From Alloprevotella sp. (GTDB lineage: Bacteria > Bacteroidota > Bacteroidia > Bacteroidales > Bacteroidaceae): a stretch of 53,804 nucleotides of DNA. Below are positions 9,744-19,842 of the stretch, one piece after another. Position 1 is the first letter of the stretch. The number at the start of each line of letters is the position of its first letter. Made by a program: the position numbers and the translations under genes. The notes beneath the pieces were generated by a model that saw only the letters and a list, made by a program, of their open reading frames with translations, did not search any database and was not told the origin of the DNA. The stretch is taken from the NCBI GenBank assembly GCA_051892575.1, contig JBJFGJ010000062.1, positions 1-53,804 on the forward strand, read 5' to 3'.

Positions 9744-10778
9744 CTATGCGCGTTGTGCTGCTTCGGCGGCGCGGATGAGCGGCCGGGTGGACTCCATAAT
9801 CGCAAAGAGACTCTCCACGGTCTCGGCACGAAGCATAGCGATGCGGGTCTGACGGAAATCGGGCAGGCCCTTGAAGAGCGGCGTGGCGGCCAGGTGGCGG
9901 CGTATGTGCAATATGCCGCGATACTCGTCGATGCGCGCCACACTCTGCCTCACCTGCTCTTTGAGCACGTCGAGTTTCCAGTCGGCCGTCATAGGAGCGT
10001 AGTCGCTCTCGATGGCGTGGTCCACGGCGTGGTCGTCACTGTGCAAGGCATCGTGTATTTCTTTGAAAATCCACGGGCGGCCAAAGGTGGCACGACCCAC
10101 CATTATGGCGTCGACGCCGAAGTCGTCGAAAGCCTTGACGGCACCCTCGGCCGAGGTGATGTCGCCGTTGCCGATGATGGGGATGTGTAGGCGCGGATTT
10201 CGCTTCACCTCGCCAATGAGGCTCCAGTCGGCTTGGCCGGTGTACATCTGTGCTCTTGTGCGGCCGTGTATGGTGAGTGCACTGATGCCGCAGTCCTGGA
10301 GCTGTTCGGCCAATGGCACGATGATTTTCTGCGAAGCGTCCCAGCCCAGGCGGGTCTTGACCGTGACGGGCAGTTTCACCGCCTCGACCACGGCACGCGT
10401 AATTTCCAGCATGAGCGGCACGTTCTGCAACATACCCGCTCCGGCTCCCTTGCCGGCCACGCGCTTCACGGGACAACCGAAATTAAGGTCGATGATGTCG
10501 GGATGGGCGCGCTCTTCGACAATCTGGGCGGCGTCGCGCACGGCCACGGGGTCTTTGCCATAGATCTGTATGACCACGGGGCGCTCTTCGTCACACACGG
10601 TGAGTTTGTCGAGGCTGCGGCTCACCATACGCACAAGGGCGTCGGCAGCCACAAATTCCGAGTAGACCATAGAGGCGCCCAGCCGCCGGCAGAGCAGGCG
10701 GAAACCGATGTCGGTCACGTCTTCCATCGGTGCCAGCAAGACGGGACGTGGCCCAAGATTGATGTGGCCTATCTTCAT
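9744..10778 (-). CDS. dusB: tRNA-dihydrouridine synthase B
   Basis: LAPMEDVTD, IDLNFGCP, TVKTRLGW, IHGRT, GNGDI; ATGA overlap with the upstream gene. Confidence 0.93.
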   Translation of the reverse strand: MKIGHINLGPRPVLLAPMEDVTDIGFRLLCRRLGASMVYSEFVAADALVRMVSRSLDKLTVCDEERPVVIQIYGKDPVAVRDAAQIVEERAHPDIIDLNFGCPVKRVAGKGAGAGMLQNVPLMLEITRAVVEAVKLPVTVKTRLGWDASQKIIVPLAEQLQDCGISALTIHGRTRAQMYTGQADWSLIGEVKRNPRLHIPIIGNGDITSAEGAVKAFDDFGVDAIMVGRATFGRPWIFKEIHDALHSDDHAVDHAIESDYAPMTADWKLDVLKEQVRQSVARIDEYRGILHIRRHLAATPLFKGLPDFRQTRIAMLRAETVESLFAIMESTRPLIRAAEAAQRA

Positions 10779-11560
10779 AGGGCGTGAGAGGGTTTGAAAA
10801 ACAATTTGCGGTCGAGTGGTACGCCTTTCCAAAGGATGAAGCCGCCCACAGCCATCAAGGCGAGGCCGATGAGGCCGGTGGCGACGGGTCCCGTTTGGTT
10901 CAGGCGGCTTTCAATGGCGGGAAAACTGAGCAGAAGCACGCCGAGACCATTGTTCAGGATGTGGCAGATGAGACAGAGGCGGATGTCGCCGGCACGCATA
11001 TAGAGCAGACCAAGCACAAAGCCCAGCGTCATGGCCGACACCGTCTGCAGGGGGTTGAAATGGATGATGCCAAACGTGGCTGCGCTGACCAAGGCGGCCA
11101 TCACCGGCATGAAACGCTCGGAGAGGGTGCGCTGAATGCCTTCGCGGAAGGCCAGTTCTTCAACCAGCGGTCCGATGACTACGAGCATAATCCAGCCTAT
11201 GGTGTCTGACTTCATCTCGCCAAACAACGCGCCGGTGCCGCTGTCGGAGAGGTCCAACGGCGACAAGGCTGCCGAAAGGCCGAAAGCGAAAAACGTAAAG
11301 CCCACTATAGCGGCCAACCACGTGAGTGCCGACAGTTGATGCGACGGACTGAAAGGCCGGCGCCGGATGCCTTTGGCCACCCATAGCACGACGACAAACA
11401 ACACCGCCGCTATGGCCATACCCACGGCAAACTGGTGGGCGGAAGGCGTAACAACGTCGTCGGAAGTGGCGGATGTAGAGGTGGCCCATACCATGGCAAT
11501 GGCCGAGGCCACTATCTGGTAGGCGATAAATCCGAGGAGTATGATGAAGGATTTGAGCAT
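10775..11560 (-). CDS. CPBP family (Abi/CAAX) intramembrane metalloprotease
   Basis: EELAFRE, FGIIH and HILNN motifs in a multi-TM protein. Confidence 0.88.
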   Translation of the reverse strand: MLKSFIILLGFIAYQIVASAIAMVWATSTSATSDDVVTPSAHQFAVGMAIAAVLFVVVLWVAKGIRRRPFSPSHQLSALTWLAAIVGFTFFAFGLSAALSPLDLSDSGTGALFGEMKSDTIGWIMLVVIGPLVEELAFREGIQRTLSERFMPVMAALVSAATFGIIHFNPLQTVSAMTLGFVLGLLYMRAGDIRLCLICHILNNGLGVLLLSFPAIESRLNQTGPVATGLIGLALMAVGGFILWKGVPLDRKLFFKPSHAL

Positions 11561-12486
11561 AGGTTCAGGAGGTTGAGGGTTTGTTCGGCGTCGTGACGGA
11601 TTTGCCGGGCAAGACTGTCAATGCTGTCAAACCGGCGCTCGTCGCGCAGGCGGGAGACGAAGTGCAGTCGGAGGTTTTGTCCGTAGAGATTGCCGGTGAA
11701 GTCAAACAGATGGGCTTCGATGGAAAGGTCGTCGCCGTTTTGCAGGGTTGGGCGCCGGCCGATGTTGAGCATAGCCTTGTGGCACCGGCCACCTGCTTCG
11801 GCCCAAGCGGCATAGACACCGCCTGAGGGGATGAGCCTTTCGGCGTCGGCGGGTTGCAGATTGGCCGTGGGGAAACCCAGTTTACGGCCCACATGATGGC
11901 CTTCAGTCACCACGCCGCCAAGGGTGTAGTAGCGTCCCAGCAATCGGGCAGCCGCCCGGACTTGTCCCTCGGTCACGAGTCGCCGGATGCGCGATGAACT
12001 CACGGCCTGGCCGTCAATGACGAGCGGCGTGGCCTGTATCACGTCTATGCCACACGAGCGGCCGATGGCTTGATAGTCGGCAAAGCCCAGCGAGCGGTCG
12101 CTGCCGAAGTGGTGGTCGTAGCCCATGAGCAAGGCCTTCACGCCCAACCGGTCTCTCAAAATGCCGGTCATAAACTCGCGTGCCGTCATGGCCGCCATTT
12201 GGGGTGTGAAGTCCAGGAGTGTGCAGGCGTCAAGGCCCGACTGGCGGAGCAGGTCGGTTTTTTCTGCCGCGTCGGTGAGCAGTTGGGGGCGGTAGTCTGA
12301 TTTCAAGACCTTCCGGGGATGTCGACCGAAGGTCACGGCCATAGTGCCCAGCCCACGCTCTTCGGCCACCGCTTTCAGTTGGCCGATGAGGTGGCGGTGT
12401 CCGAGGTGCAGGCCGTCGAAAAAACCGATGGTCGCCGCCATAGGCCGGTCGCTGCAGGTCGTGAAATCAAGACGGGTGAAGTTCAT
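11512..12486 (-). CDS. ribF: Bifunctional riboflavin kinase/FAD synthetase
   Basis: GFFDGLHLGH, SSSRIR, GRKLGFPTAN, IEAH; ATG 12486 overlaps the HAD stop. Confidence 0.95.
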   Translation of the reverse strand: MNFTRLDFTTCSDRPMAATIGFFDGLHLGHRHLIGQLKAVAEERGLGTMAVTFGRHPRKVLKSDYRPQLLTDAAEKTDLLRQSGLDACTLLDFTPQMAAMTAREFMTGILRDRLGVKALLMGYDHHFGSDRSLGFADYQAIGRSCGIDVIQATPLVIDGQAVSSSRIRRLVTEGQVRAAARLLGRYYTLGGVVTEGHHVGRKLGFPTANLQPADAERLIPSGGVYAAWAEAGGRCHKAMLNIGRRPTLQNGDDLSIEAHLFDFTGNLYGQNLRLHFVSRLRDERRFDSIDSLARQIRHDAEQTLNLLNLCSNPSSYSSDLSPTR

Positions 12487-13106
12487 TCGGGGATGTAGAT
12501 GCCTTCGGCGGTAAAATATTTGAGCCATTCGCCACCGGCGGGAGCCAGACGGGCTTGCAGACCGCAGGCACGGGCGGCTTCGCAATTTTCCTCGCAGTCA
12601 TCGAAGAAAAGGATCTCTTCGGGACGGCAGCCGATGCCTTCCACCACGGCCTGATAGATGGCCGGCGAGGGCTTCTCCACGCCCAGTTCGTAGGAGAGGA
12701 AAGCCCGGCGGAAGAAGTCGGGCAGGTCGTGGCCTTGATATTGGAACAGGCCGTTGCGGGCCATGTCCCAGTGCACGATGTTGGTATTGCTCAACACGTA
12801 GGTGGGGTAGTGGCGACGAATGCGCAGGAGCATGTCGAGACGGTCGGCCGGCACGCTCACCAAATAACTCTCCCAGGCCTGCACAATCTGGGCGTTGGTG
12901 ATGTGGTGAAGGCCCGAGTCGGCGCGCAGACGGTCGCAAAACTCCTCCACCGTCACCTCGCCGCGCTCGAGCGCCGAGAGGATGCCCGCTTGGGCAAAGG
13001 TGCCGATGTAGGGCCTCACGTCGAAGCCGATTTGCTCGAAAGCCTTGATGCAGCGCTGCTTGTCGAGGTCGACCAAGACGCCGCCGAAATCGAATAGAAG
13101 GTTCAT
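12483..13106 (-). CDS. HAD-superfamily phosphatase (YihX-like)
   Basis: FDFGGV, LSNTN, KP and FFDD motifs I-IV. Confidence 0.9.
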   Translation of the reverse strand: MNLLFDFGGVLVDLDKQRCIKAFEQIGFDVRPYIGTFAQAGILSALERGEVTVEEFCDRLRADSGLHHITNAQIVQAWESYLVSVPADRLDMLLRIRRHYPTYVLSNTNIVHWDMARNGLFQYQGHDLPDFFRRAFLSYELGVEKPSPAIYQAVVEGIGCRPEEILFFDDCEENCEAARACGLQARLAPAGGEWLKYFTAEGIYIPE

Positions 13107-13229
13107 AGGTATGTGTCTTTTGGCTGCGGCGCGGCATAGGTCAAACAAACGGGTTTGTCGGTCTATGCACACGCCTTGCTCAAAGGTTCATTTTTTCAGT
13201 TGGCTGGAAATGTGCGGCCCGGCGTGGCG

Positions 13230-14465
13230 TCAGGCTTTCACCAGTTTATAGATGCGGTCGGAGGGACGTATCTTTTCGGGCACGGCAATGGCCACAGCCT
13301 GTCCTTTCTTGCCGATTTCTACGGGCCCGTCGTCGAGATGTATTTCGTCGGCCGTCACATAAATCACGCCCGTGGTGGGACCGATGATGACGAGGCGGTC
13401 GCCTTTGCAGATGTCGCCGGCTTCGAGATAGAACTCGCCCACACCGAGGCGCGAGAAATATTTCACGCCCTTGCCGATGTAGACTTTGCGCTCGGTGGCC
13501 GAAGAGCCATAGGTGACGCTCCATTCGCCCAGCCGCTGCCCCAGGTAGTAGCCGTCCCAGAAGCCGCGGTTGAAGACCGAGGCCAAGCGTTCGTCCCACG
13601 CCTTGACCTTCTCCTGCGAGAAGGTGCCGGCCTTGACGGCCTCGATGGCTTCTTTGTAGCATTTCACCACCGTGTAGACGTATTCGGCTGAGCGTGCGCG
13701 GCCTTCAATCTTGAACACGCTCACCCCTGCCTGCATCATTTTATCGATGAAACCGATGGTTTTGAGATCTTTCGGGCTCATGATGTATTTATTGTCTACA
13801 TCCAGTTCGACGCCCGTCTCTCGGTCGCGTACGGTGTAGCTGCGGCGGCACACCTGCATACATTCGCCACGGTTGGCCGAGCGGCCGAGGTTGTCGAGCG
13901 ACATATAGCATTTGCCGCTCACGGCCATACACAAGGCCCCGTGACAGAACATCTCGATGCGGATGCGCTCACCACCGGGACCGCAAATATTGTCGCGGTC
14001 GATGGCCTCGGCAATGGCGGCCACCTGCGACATGTTGAGTTCGCGGGCCAGCACCACCACGTCGGCAAAAGCCGCATAAAACCTCAGAGCCTCAACGTTG
14101 GAAATGTTGAGTTGCGTGGAAAGATGCACTTCGAGGCCGATGGTGCGGCAGTAGGCCAACACAGCCACGTCGGCCGCTATCACAGCCGATATGCCCGCCG
14201 CGAGAGCGGCGTCGCAGATGCGTCGCATGAGGTCGAGGTCTTCGTCGTAGATGATGGTGTTGACCGTGAGATAAGACTTCACCCCCTGCTCGCGGCAGGT
14301 GGCGGCAATCTCGCGGAGGTCGTCTATGGTGAACCGGCTGGCCGAGTGGGCGCGCATATTGAGGGCCTCAATGCCGAAATAGACCGAGTCGGCTCCGGCC
14401 TTGAGGGCGGCGGCAAGCGACTCGCGCGAGCCGGCCGGGGCCATCACTTCGTGTTGGGTTGTCAT
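13230..14465 (-). CDS. Peptidase U32 family Fe-S protein (TrhP/PrtC-like)
   Basis: APAGS, GADSVYFG, HLSTQ, E.F.HGALC.A.SGKC, NRGECMQVCR, KIEGR. Confidence 0.9.
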   Translation of the reverse strand: MTTQHEVMAPAGSRESLAAALKAGADSVYFGIEALNMRAHSASRFTIDDLREIAATCREQGVKSYLTVNTIIYDEDLDLMRRICDAALAAGISAVIAADVAVLAYCRTIGLEVHLSTQLNISNVEALRFYAAFADVVVLARELNMSQVAAIAEAIDRDNICGPGGERIRIEMFCHGALCMAVSGKCYMSLDNLGRSANRGECMQVCRRSYTVRDRETGVELDVDNKYIMSPKDLKTIGFIDKMMQAGVSVFKIEGRARSAEYVYTVVKCYKEAIEAVKAGTFSQEKVKAWDERLASVFNRGFWDGYYLGQRLGEWSVTYGSSATERKVYIGKGVKYFSRLGVGEFYLEAGDICKGDRLVIIGPTTGVIYVTADEIHLDDGPVEIGKKGQAVAIAVPEKIRPSDRIYKLVKA

Positions 14466-14481
14466 TTTGAAGGGTCTTGTG

Positions 14482-15300
14482 TTAATTTTGGCCGATTTCA
14501 TCGGCGTTTTTCCGTATGGTTGTGCCGCCGGGCCGGCCGATGAGATCGGCTCGGGTAATGACTACCTCCGAGACACCGGCGTCGATGGCAGCGAGACAGT
14601 TTTCGAGTTTGGGCAACATACCGCCCGACACCGTGCCGTCGGCACGCAGGCGCTCGAAGGTGGCGCGGTCGATGGTCGGAATGACGCTCGTCTCGTCGGC
14701 AGGGTCGGCCAAAACACCGGCAAACTCGAAGCAAAACACCAGCCTCACGTCATAGCCCACGGCAGCCAGGGCTTTGGCCACCTCAGATGCCATGGTGTCG
14801 GCATTGGTGTTGAGCATGGTGCCGCAGCCGTCGTGGGTGAGCGGAGCCATCACCGGCACCACACCCGTCTCGATGAGACCGGAGAGCCGCCGGCCGTCTG
14901 CGCGGTCTACGTCGCCCACAAAACCATAGTCCACGGCCGTGCCCGTGCGCTTGTGGGCCCGGACCACGTCCATGTCGGCACCCGTCAGACCCAGTGCCGT
15001 CGTGCCGGCAGCCTCGAGTTGGGCCACCACGTTTTTGTTGACCAATCCGGCATAGACCATCGTGACCACCCGCAGCATCTCGGCATCGGTCACGCGGCGT
15101 CCGCCCACCATTTGGGTCTCGATGCCCAGACGGGCGGCAATGTCGGTGGCTGTGCGGCCACCGCCGTGTACCAGAACCTTATGGCCCGGCAGTGCGGCGA
15201 ACTTCTTGACGAGGTCGGTGAGGGCCTCGTCGTTTTCTACGATTTTACCGCCCACTTTGACGACGGTCAGCGGTTGGCGTTGGGGTGCGGAAGTTTGCAT
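14482..15300 (-). CDS. argB: Acetylglutamate kinase
   Basis: VVKVGG, VHGGG, GRRVTD, NTNAD, GGMLPKL. Confidence 0.93.
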   Translation of the reverse strand: MQTSAPQRQPLTVVKVGGKIVENDEALTDLVKKFAALPGHKVLVHGGGRTATDIAARLGIETQMVGGRRVTDAEMLRVVTMVYAGLVNKNVVAQLEAAGTTALGLTGADMDVVRAHKRTGTAVDYGFVGDVDRADGRRLSGLIETGVVPVMAPLTHDGCGTMLNTNADTMASEVAKALAAVGYDVRLVFCFEFAGVLADPADETSVIPTIDRATFERLRADGTVSGGMLPKLENCLAAIDAGVSEVVITRADLIGRPGGTTIRKNADEIGQN

Positions 15301-15371
15301 GAATGTCTTTGTTTAGGCTTGTGTCGCCGGCGGCAGTTGCTTGAAGGCCGCGGCACGACGTTATGAATATG

Positions 15372-15379
15372 CAAAAGTA
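15372..15379 (-). promoter_or_regulatory. -7 promoter element for the argB-U32 unit
   Basis: Reverse complement TACTTTTG followed by CA. Confidence 0.6.
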
Positions 15380-15467
15380 GCAAAAAAACAGCGCGTGGCA
15401 AGGTGTTGGTCGCGACCGGCCGCCACAAACGGACGATGGCAAGGCATTTAGGCGGCCGCAGCGTGGT

Positions 15468-15621
15468 TTTGTCTTTTCCCGGATGGCGCTTTCATCGTAT
15501 ATTTCAGCAAGAGAAGAGAGAGGAGGCCCCACGGGCCTCTTTTTTGTGCCGATGTGCCACCTACGGGCCTTATGACACGGAAAACTGTCCTTATGGGAGA
15601 AATTTCTGTCCTTATTCCCGT
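15468..15621 (+). repeat. Dispersed ~155-bp intergenic element, copy A
   Basis: TTTGTCTTTT, GAGGCCC/GGGCCTC hairpin plus T-run, TACGGG, then CCTTAT at 15568, 15589 and 15610 (21-bp period). Confidence 0.75.
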
Positions 15622-15836
15622 CAACGACCCACCCTATTCCACTCCGTTTTTCGCCAAATTCACCCATTTCATCATTACTTTTGGTGTGTTTTTTCCGCCT
15701 TGCCAAAAAGTTTACCCTAAATCCCAGTTTGTTTGTCACCCACGGCCGCCATTTTTGAACAAGATGAGTTTTACAAAAAAACGGGCGGCCTCACACCCGT
15801 CGGTGCAAGGCCGCCTTTATAGGACATCTGCTTTTT

Positions 15837-16925
15837 TCAAACAAAATCTTCGCCCAACTTGATGAGCGCCTCGCCCGAAAGCTTGCGGGCCACGGTGGGG
15901 TCGGTGTTGGGGCAAACCACCAGCACGTTGCCCTCGATGGCGATGAGATAGCCGTTGAGACCCGTCACCACAGCCGCCATGTCTTTCGGCAGACGGATGA
16001 GATTGTCGCGGCAGTTGGTCAGCATGGTGCCGGCGCCTTGCAGCAGGGCGTTGCCGTCGTTGTCTTTTTCCGTCACATCGTAGAGCTCGGGCCAGCAACC
16101 CACATCGGCCCATCCGAAATCGGCCTGCATCACGTAGACATTCTCCGTCTTCTCCAAAATCGTGAGGTCGAGCGAGCGGTGGATGCTCGACTGATAAGAC
16201 GACGTAATGATTTCGAGCTCCTCGGCGGCGGTCAAGGTGCCTTTCGACTCCTGAATGCGTTCAGCCACAATATCCGAACTTTCACTCACCAGGTTCATCA
16301 TCGTCTTGTTGTGCCAGGCAAACAGACCCGTGTTCCAAAGAAATTCGCCGCTTTCAACGAACATTTTGGCATAGTCGATGGCCGGTTTTTCCACAAAAGA
16401 CTTCACGCGAAACATCCCCTTGTCTTCTCCGGGACGGCCGCGCTGGATGTAGCCATAGGCCGTGTTGGGGACAGTAGGCCGCACCGCCAGGGCCACAAAC
16501 TCGCTGTGACGACCGGCAAAGTCGAGAGCCCGCTCTACGGCGGCGGCAAAAAGGTCTTCCTGTTGTATGAACTGGTCTGACGGCATGCAGATGATGCGGG
16601 CCTCGGGGTCAATCTGGCCGATGTGGCACGACACCCACGCCGCTGCCGGTGCGGTGGAGAGCTGTACGGGTTCGGAGAGGATGTTTTCGGCCGGCACGTC
16701 GGGCAACTGGGCCTTGACGATGTCGGTGTAGTCTTTATAGGTGGAAATGAAGATATGGTCGGTGTCGAGATAGCGGTTGACACGGTCAAAAGTCTGCTGA
16801 AGCAACGTGCGCCCCACGCCTGTGAAGTCGATAAACTGTTTGGGCATGTTGCGGCGGCTCACGGGCCACAGTCTTCGGCCGATACCGCCGGCCAGGATGA
16901 TGCAGTAATCGTGAAGTCCTTTCAT
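15837..16925 (-). CDS. Mannose-1-phosphate guanylyltransferase (ManC-like)
   Basis: ILAGGIGRRLWPVSR..PKQF, PSD, YGYI, FVEKP, WNTG, GWADVG.W. Confidence 0.88.
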   Translation of the reverse strand: MKGLHDYCIILAGGIGRRLWPVSRRNMPKQFIDFTGVGRTLLQQTFDRVNRYLDTDHIFISTYKDYTDIVKAQLPDVPAENILSEPVQLSTAPAAAWVSCHIGQIDPEARIICMPSDQFIQQEDLFAAAVERALDFAGRHSEFVALAVRPTVPNTAYGYIQRGRPGEDKGMFRVKSFVEKPAIDYAKMFVESGEFLWNTGLFAWHNKTMMNLVSESSDIVAERIQESKGTLTAAEELEIITSSYQSSIHRSLDLTILEKTENVYVMQADFGWADVGCWPELYDVTEKDNDGNALLQGAGTMLTNCRDNLIRLPKDMAAVVTGLNGYLIAIEGNVLVVCPNTDPTVARKLSGEALIKLGEDFV

Positions 16926-17067
16926 AAAGCAGGGAATTTATAAGTTTGGAGGAATAAGGTTTTAAGGTTGTGGTGCTTGATAGCATCGCTAAGGTAGGCA
17001 TAATTCCGCTACATCTCGCCTAAAAACCGCCTATAATATGAGCCGGCAAGAGTTTTTTACCAACTTT

Positions 17068-17099
17068 TTTGGTTCGTTTATAAAAATCACCTACCTTTG
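17068..17099 (+). promoter_or_regulatory. -33/-7 promoter for tRNA-Leu
   Basis: TTTG-N20-TACCTTTG. Confidence 0.75.
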
Positions 17100-17148
17100 C
17101 AAGCGCAAAACGAAGGCCTTGCTTGGCCTCGATATGCAAAGGCCACCA

Positions 17149-17230
17149 GCCCAGATGGCGGAATCGGTAGACGCGCTGGTCTCAAACACCAGTGGGGCAA
17201 CCCGTGCCGGTTCGACCCCGGCTCTGGGTA
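17149..17230 (+). tRNA. tRNA-Leu(CAA)
   Basis: Acceptor GCCCAGA/TCTGGGT, anticodon arm CTGGT-CT-CAA-AC-ACCAG, long variable arm. Confidence 0.95.
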
Positions 17231-17231
17231 C

Positions 17232-17273
17232 AAGAGATTGGAAATCTTCACGCGAAGGTTTCCAATCTCTTTT
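17232..17273 (+). terminator. Terminator after tRNA-Leu
   Basis: AAGAGATTGGAAA..TTTCCAATCTCTT followed by T-run. Confidence 0.85.
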
Positions 17274-17293
17274 GTTTTGTGTCCCTCTCTTGT

Positions 17294-17374
17294 GTGACTG
17301 AGCGTGACTGAACGCTCCAATCACAGCAAGTCGCTGATTTCCTTAACAGTTACAGACGCGTGATTGTGTGATTG
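17294..17374 (+). repeat. Five-motif GTGAYTG element (two direct, one inverted, two direct)
   Basis: GTGACTG at 17294 and 17304, CAATCAC at 17318, GTGATTG at 17360 and 17368. Confidence 0.6.
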
Positions 17375-17585
17375 GAGAAAAGGCAAACTTTTGGGTATAG
17401 AGGAGGTAGGAAGTGGATTGGCACCGGCGACTTTATATTTATGCGTAAGGGAAGCAAGGGAGACCCATTGACGCATCACTCGGAAACTGTCCCGTGGGAA
17501 GTAGCCAACTAAATATGTGTGTGATTTTTATCCAATGTGAAATAAAACCGCTACCTTTGAAAGGCATCTTAAACACCTATTGCGT

Positions 17586-18158
17586 ATGAAATCGAAAATC
17601 ATTTACCAGATTGCTTTGGGCGCTATGTTTGTTGTGACGATATTCATGGCGATTGGCATTGTGCTGACCTTTAATCTTGCGAGAGAGTTAGATGAGCCGG
17701 TGAGTTTTTGGGATGTATCATTTCCTCTTATCGGACTTATCGTGACGCCGTTTGTGGGGATGGTCTATTACATCAAGAAGAAGCCGCTGGGTTGGATTTT
17801 CTGCTGCGGCTATGCCATTTTCTTGCTTGTTCTCCTCTCCTTATACTACTTCGACCTGAGTCAGATGGGAGGCGCAAGCATAGAGGGAATGGGCGAAATG
17901 ACCGCTTCGTTCATCGTGATGAGTGCAGTGCTTGTGGCGCTGATTGTGTTGCTACTGACGGCCAAGATGCGGGCCCTCTTTTTCCCGGGAGGACAAGACA
18001 AACTTTTGGATACGTTTGTGATGGCCTTCGTAGTGGCCATCACCATTGGTCTGATTGTTTTCACACCCAGGTTGGTCGAATATGTCAAATCCCACTATAT
18101 TGTCTTACTGGTTTTCTCTATTGGTTTTGGCTTGCGGTCGGTTATCAATCATAAGTAA
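17586..18158 (+). CDS. Hypothetical multi-pass membrane protein
   Basis: About 6 hydrophobic segments; TACCTTTG promoter about 30 nt upstream; more AT-rich than neighbours. Confidence 0.7.
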   Translation: MKSKIIYQIALGAMFVVTIFMAIGIVLTFNLARELDEPVSFWDVSFPLIGLIVTPFVGMVYYIKKKPLGWIFCCGYAIFLLVLLSLYYFDLSQMGGASIEGMGEMTASFIVMSAVLVALIVLLLTAKMRALFFPGGQDKLLDTFVMAFVVAITIGLIVFTPRLVEYVKSHYIVLLVFSIGFGLRSVINHK

Positions 18159-18461
18159 GTTTGTTATAATCAAACGAAATCGAATGGGGGAGAAATAGCC
18201 AACTTTGATTGAGACAATTATATCACAGCACGCCGACCACTACCAGAAACATAGGAAACTAAGACTTTTACTTCTCAAATTTGGCCATTTTTGAGAAGTA
18301 AAATGCTGATACTTCCCAAAAATCGCGTTTTTTGAGAAGTATTATGCATCGAATAGACACAACATCCCTCACAATGGGCCTTATTCAATAAAAACCTCCC
18401 CCAGACACAATCGCAGTGTGACCGGGAGAGGTTGTAGAGGATATGTAATGACGAGATTGGC

Positions 18462-19487
18462 TTATGCCCACTCAAGGATGACTTTGCCGCACTGGCCGGA
18501 CTCCATGATGTCGAAACCTTTCTGGAAGTCATCTACGGGGAAACGGTGGGTGATGACGGGTGACAGATCGAGACCGGAAACGAGCATCTGCTCCATTTTG
18601 TACCAGGTTTCCCACATTTCGCGTCCATAGATACCCTTGATGGTGAGGGCCTTGAAGATGATTTCGCTCCAGTCTACGGTGGTGGTGGGAGGCAGAATGC
18701 CGAGCTGGGCAATCTTTGAGCCATTGTACATATGGGCTACCATATCGCGGAAGGCGACAGGAGCACCCGACATTTCAAGACCTACGTCGAAACCGCGGAT
18801 GCCGAGCTTTTCCATAGCTTGGTCGAGGGTTTCACCGTTGCGGGCATTGACGGTGGCGGTGGCGCCCATCTTTTTGGCAATGTCAAGACGATAGTCGCTG
18901 AGGTCGGTCACCACAATGTTTTTGGCACCGGCAAAGCGGGCAATGGCGGTGGCCATAGTGCCGATGAGGCCGGCTCCGGTAATCAAGACGTCTTCGCCGA
19001 GAAGGGGGAAAGAGAGGGCGGTGTGGGTGGCGTTGCCGAAGGGGTCCATAATGGCCGCCATATCGTCTGAGATGCGGGGATCGAGTTTGACCACGTTGCT
19101 CTCGGGGATGCTGAGGTATTCGGCAAAAGCACCGTCACGGTTCACGCCGACACCGATGCTGTTTTCGCAGATGTGTTGCAGACCGCGACGGCAGTTGCGG
19201 CAGTGACCGCAGGCAATGTGACCTTCGCCGGTGACACGGTCGCCGACTTTGATGTTGCGCACGCCGATGCCGACTTTCTCAACGATGCCGACATACTCGT
19301 GGCCAATGGTCATCGGGGTTTTGATGGTTTTCTGGCTCCATTCGTCCCACTTGTAGATGTGGAGGTCGGTGCCGCAAATGGCTGTTTTCTTAATCTTGAT
19401 GAGCACATCGTTGACGCCTACTTCAGGCACGGGCACATCTTCCATCCAGATGCCCTTCATGGGCTCTTTCTTGACTAATGCTTTCAT
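18462..19487 (-). CDS. tdh: L-threonine 3-dehydrogenase
   Basis: [51 protein letters not shown]. Confidence 0.95.
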   Translation of the reverse strand: MKALVKKEPMKGIWMEDVPVPEVGVNDVLIKIKKTAICGTDLHIYKWDEWSQKTIKTPMTIGHEYVGIVEKVGIGVRNIKVGDRVTGEGHIACGHCRNCRRGLQHICENSIGVGVNRDGAFAEYLSIPESNVVKLDPRISDDMAAIMDPFGNATHTALSFPLLGEDVLITGAGLIGTMATAIARFAGAKNIVVTDLSDYRLDIAKKMGATATVNARNGETLDQAMEKLGIRGFDVGLEMSGAPVAFRDMVAHMYNGSKIAQLGILPPTTTVDWSEIIFKALTIKGIYGREMWETWYKMEQMLVSGLDLSPVITHRFPVDDFQKGFDIMESGQCGKVILEWA

Positions 19488-19622
19488 GTTGTGTGGTTTA
19501 TTTGAGGTCGTTGTTGTTGAATGATGCTAACGATGGGAATGGTGTGTTTTTCTTATGCAAAATTCCTGCAAGAAATTGAGATATGCAAACATTTAAGGTG
19601 TTTTTTTGTTGCCTTAAACGAA

Positions 19623-19660
19623 TAAAGTCTCTCATATCGTGACTGATATGAGAGACTTTA
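19623..19660 (-). terminator. Terminator after tRNA-Gln
   Basis: TAAAGTCTCTCATATC-gtgact-GATATGAGAGACTTTA perfect stem. Confidence 0.85.
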
Positions 19661-19667
19661 GTTGGTG

Positions 19668-19739
19668 TTGTTCCACTCCGACTCGAACGGGGACTGAGAG
19701 AACCAAAAACTCTAGTGCTAACCATTACACCATGGAACA
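19668..19739 (-). tRNA. tRNA-Gln(TTG)
   Basis: Reverse complement TGTTCCA..TGGAACA acceptor, loop TT-TTG-GT, TTCGAGT T-loop; -7/-33 promoter at 19770-19800. Confidence 0.92.
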
Positions 19740-19842
19740 ATCCGCTTGTTGCTTCGTTAGAAGACGGTGCAAAAGTAGAAATTATTTCTTATTCTGCAAA
19801 GGAATGTGGTGTTTTTCTGTTTTTTGACGGCGTAACACCTCC

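Noticed and set aside
14401-15366. Long antisense and alternate-frame ORFs (also 3746-4549, 23855-24718, 26577-27425, 30994-31878, 40118-41035, 47365-48309)
   Set aside because: Shadows of GC3-rich real genes with no recognisable motifs
15565-15621. 21-bp periodic repeats as a CRISPR array
   Set aside because: Only three degenerate units, no 30-40 bp unique spacers and no cas genes
15245-15862. ORFs crossing intergenic repeats (also 35376-35783, 48815-49102, 49102-49596)
   Set aside because: Shared peptide snippets such as NCPY come from the DNA repeat; frames and strands are inconsistent between copies
17087-17324. Short ORFs over tRNA-Leu (and 19498-19827 over tRNA-Gln)
   Set aside because: Explained by tRNA genes and terminators
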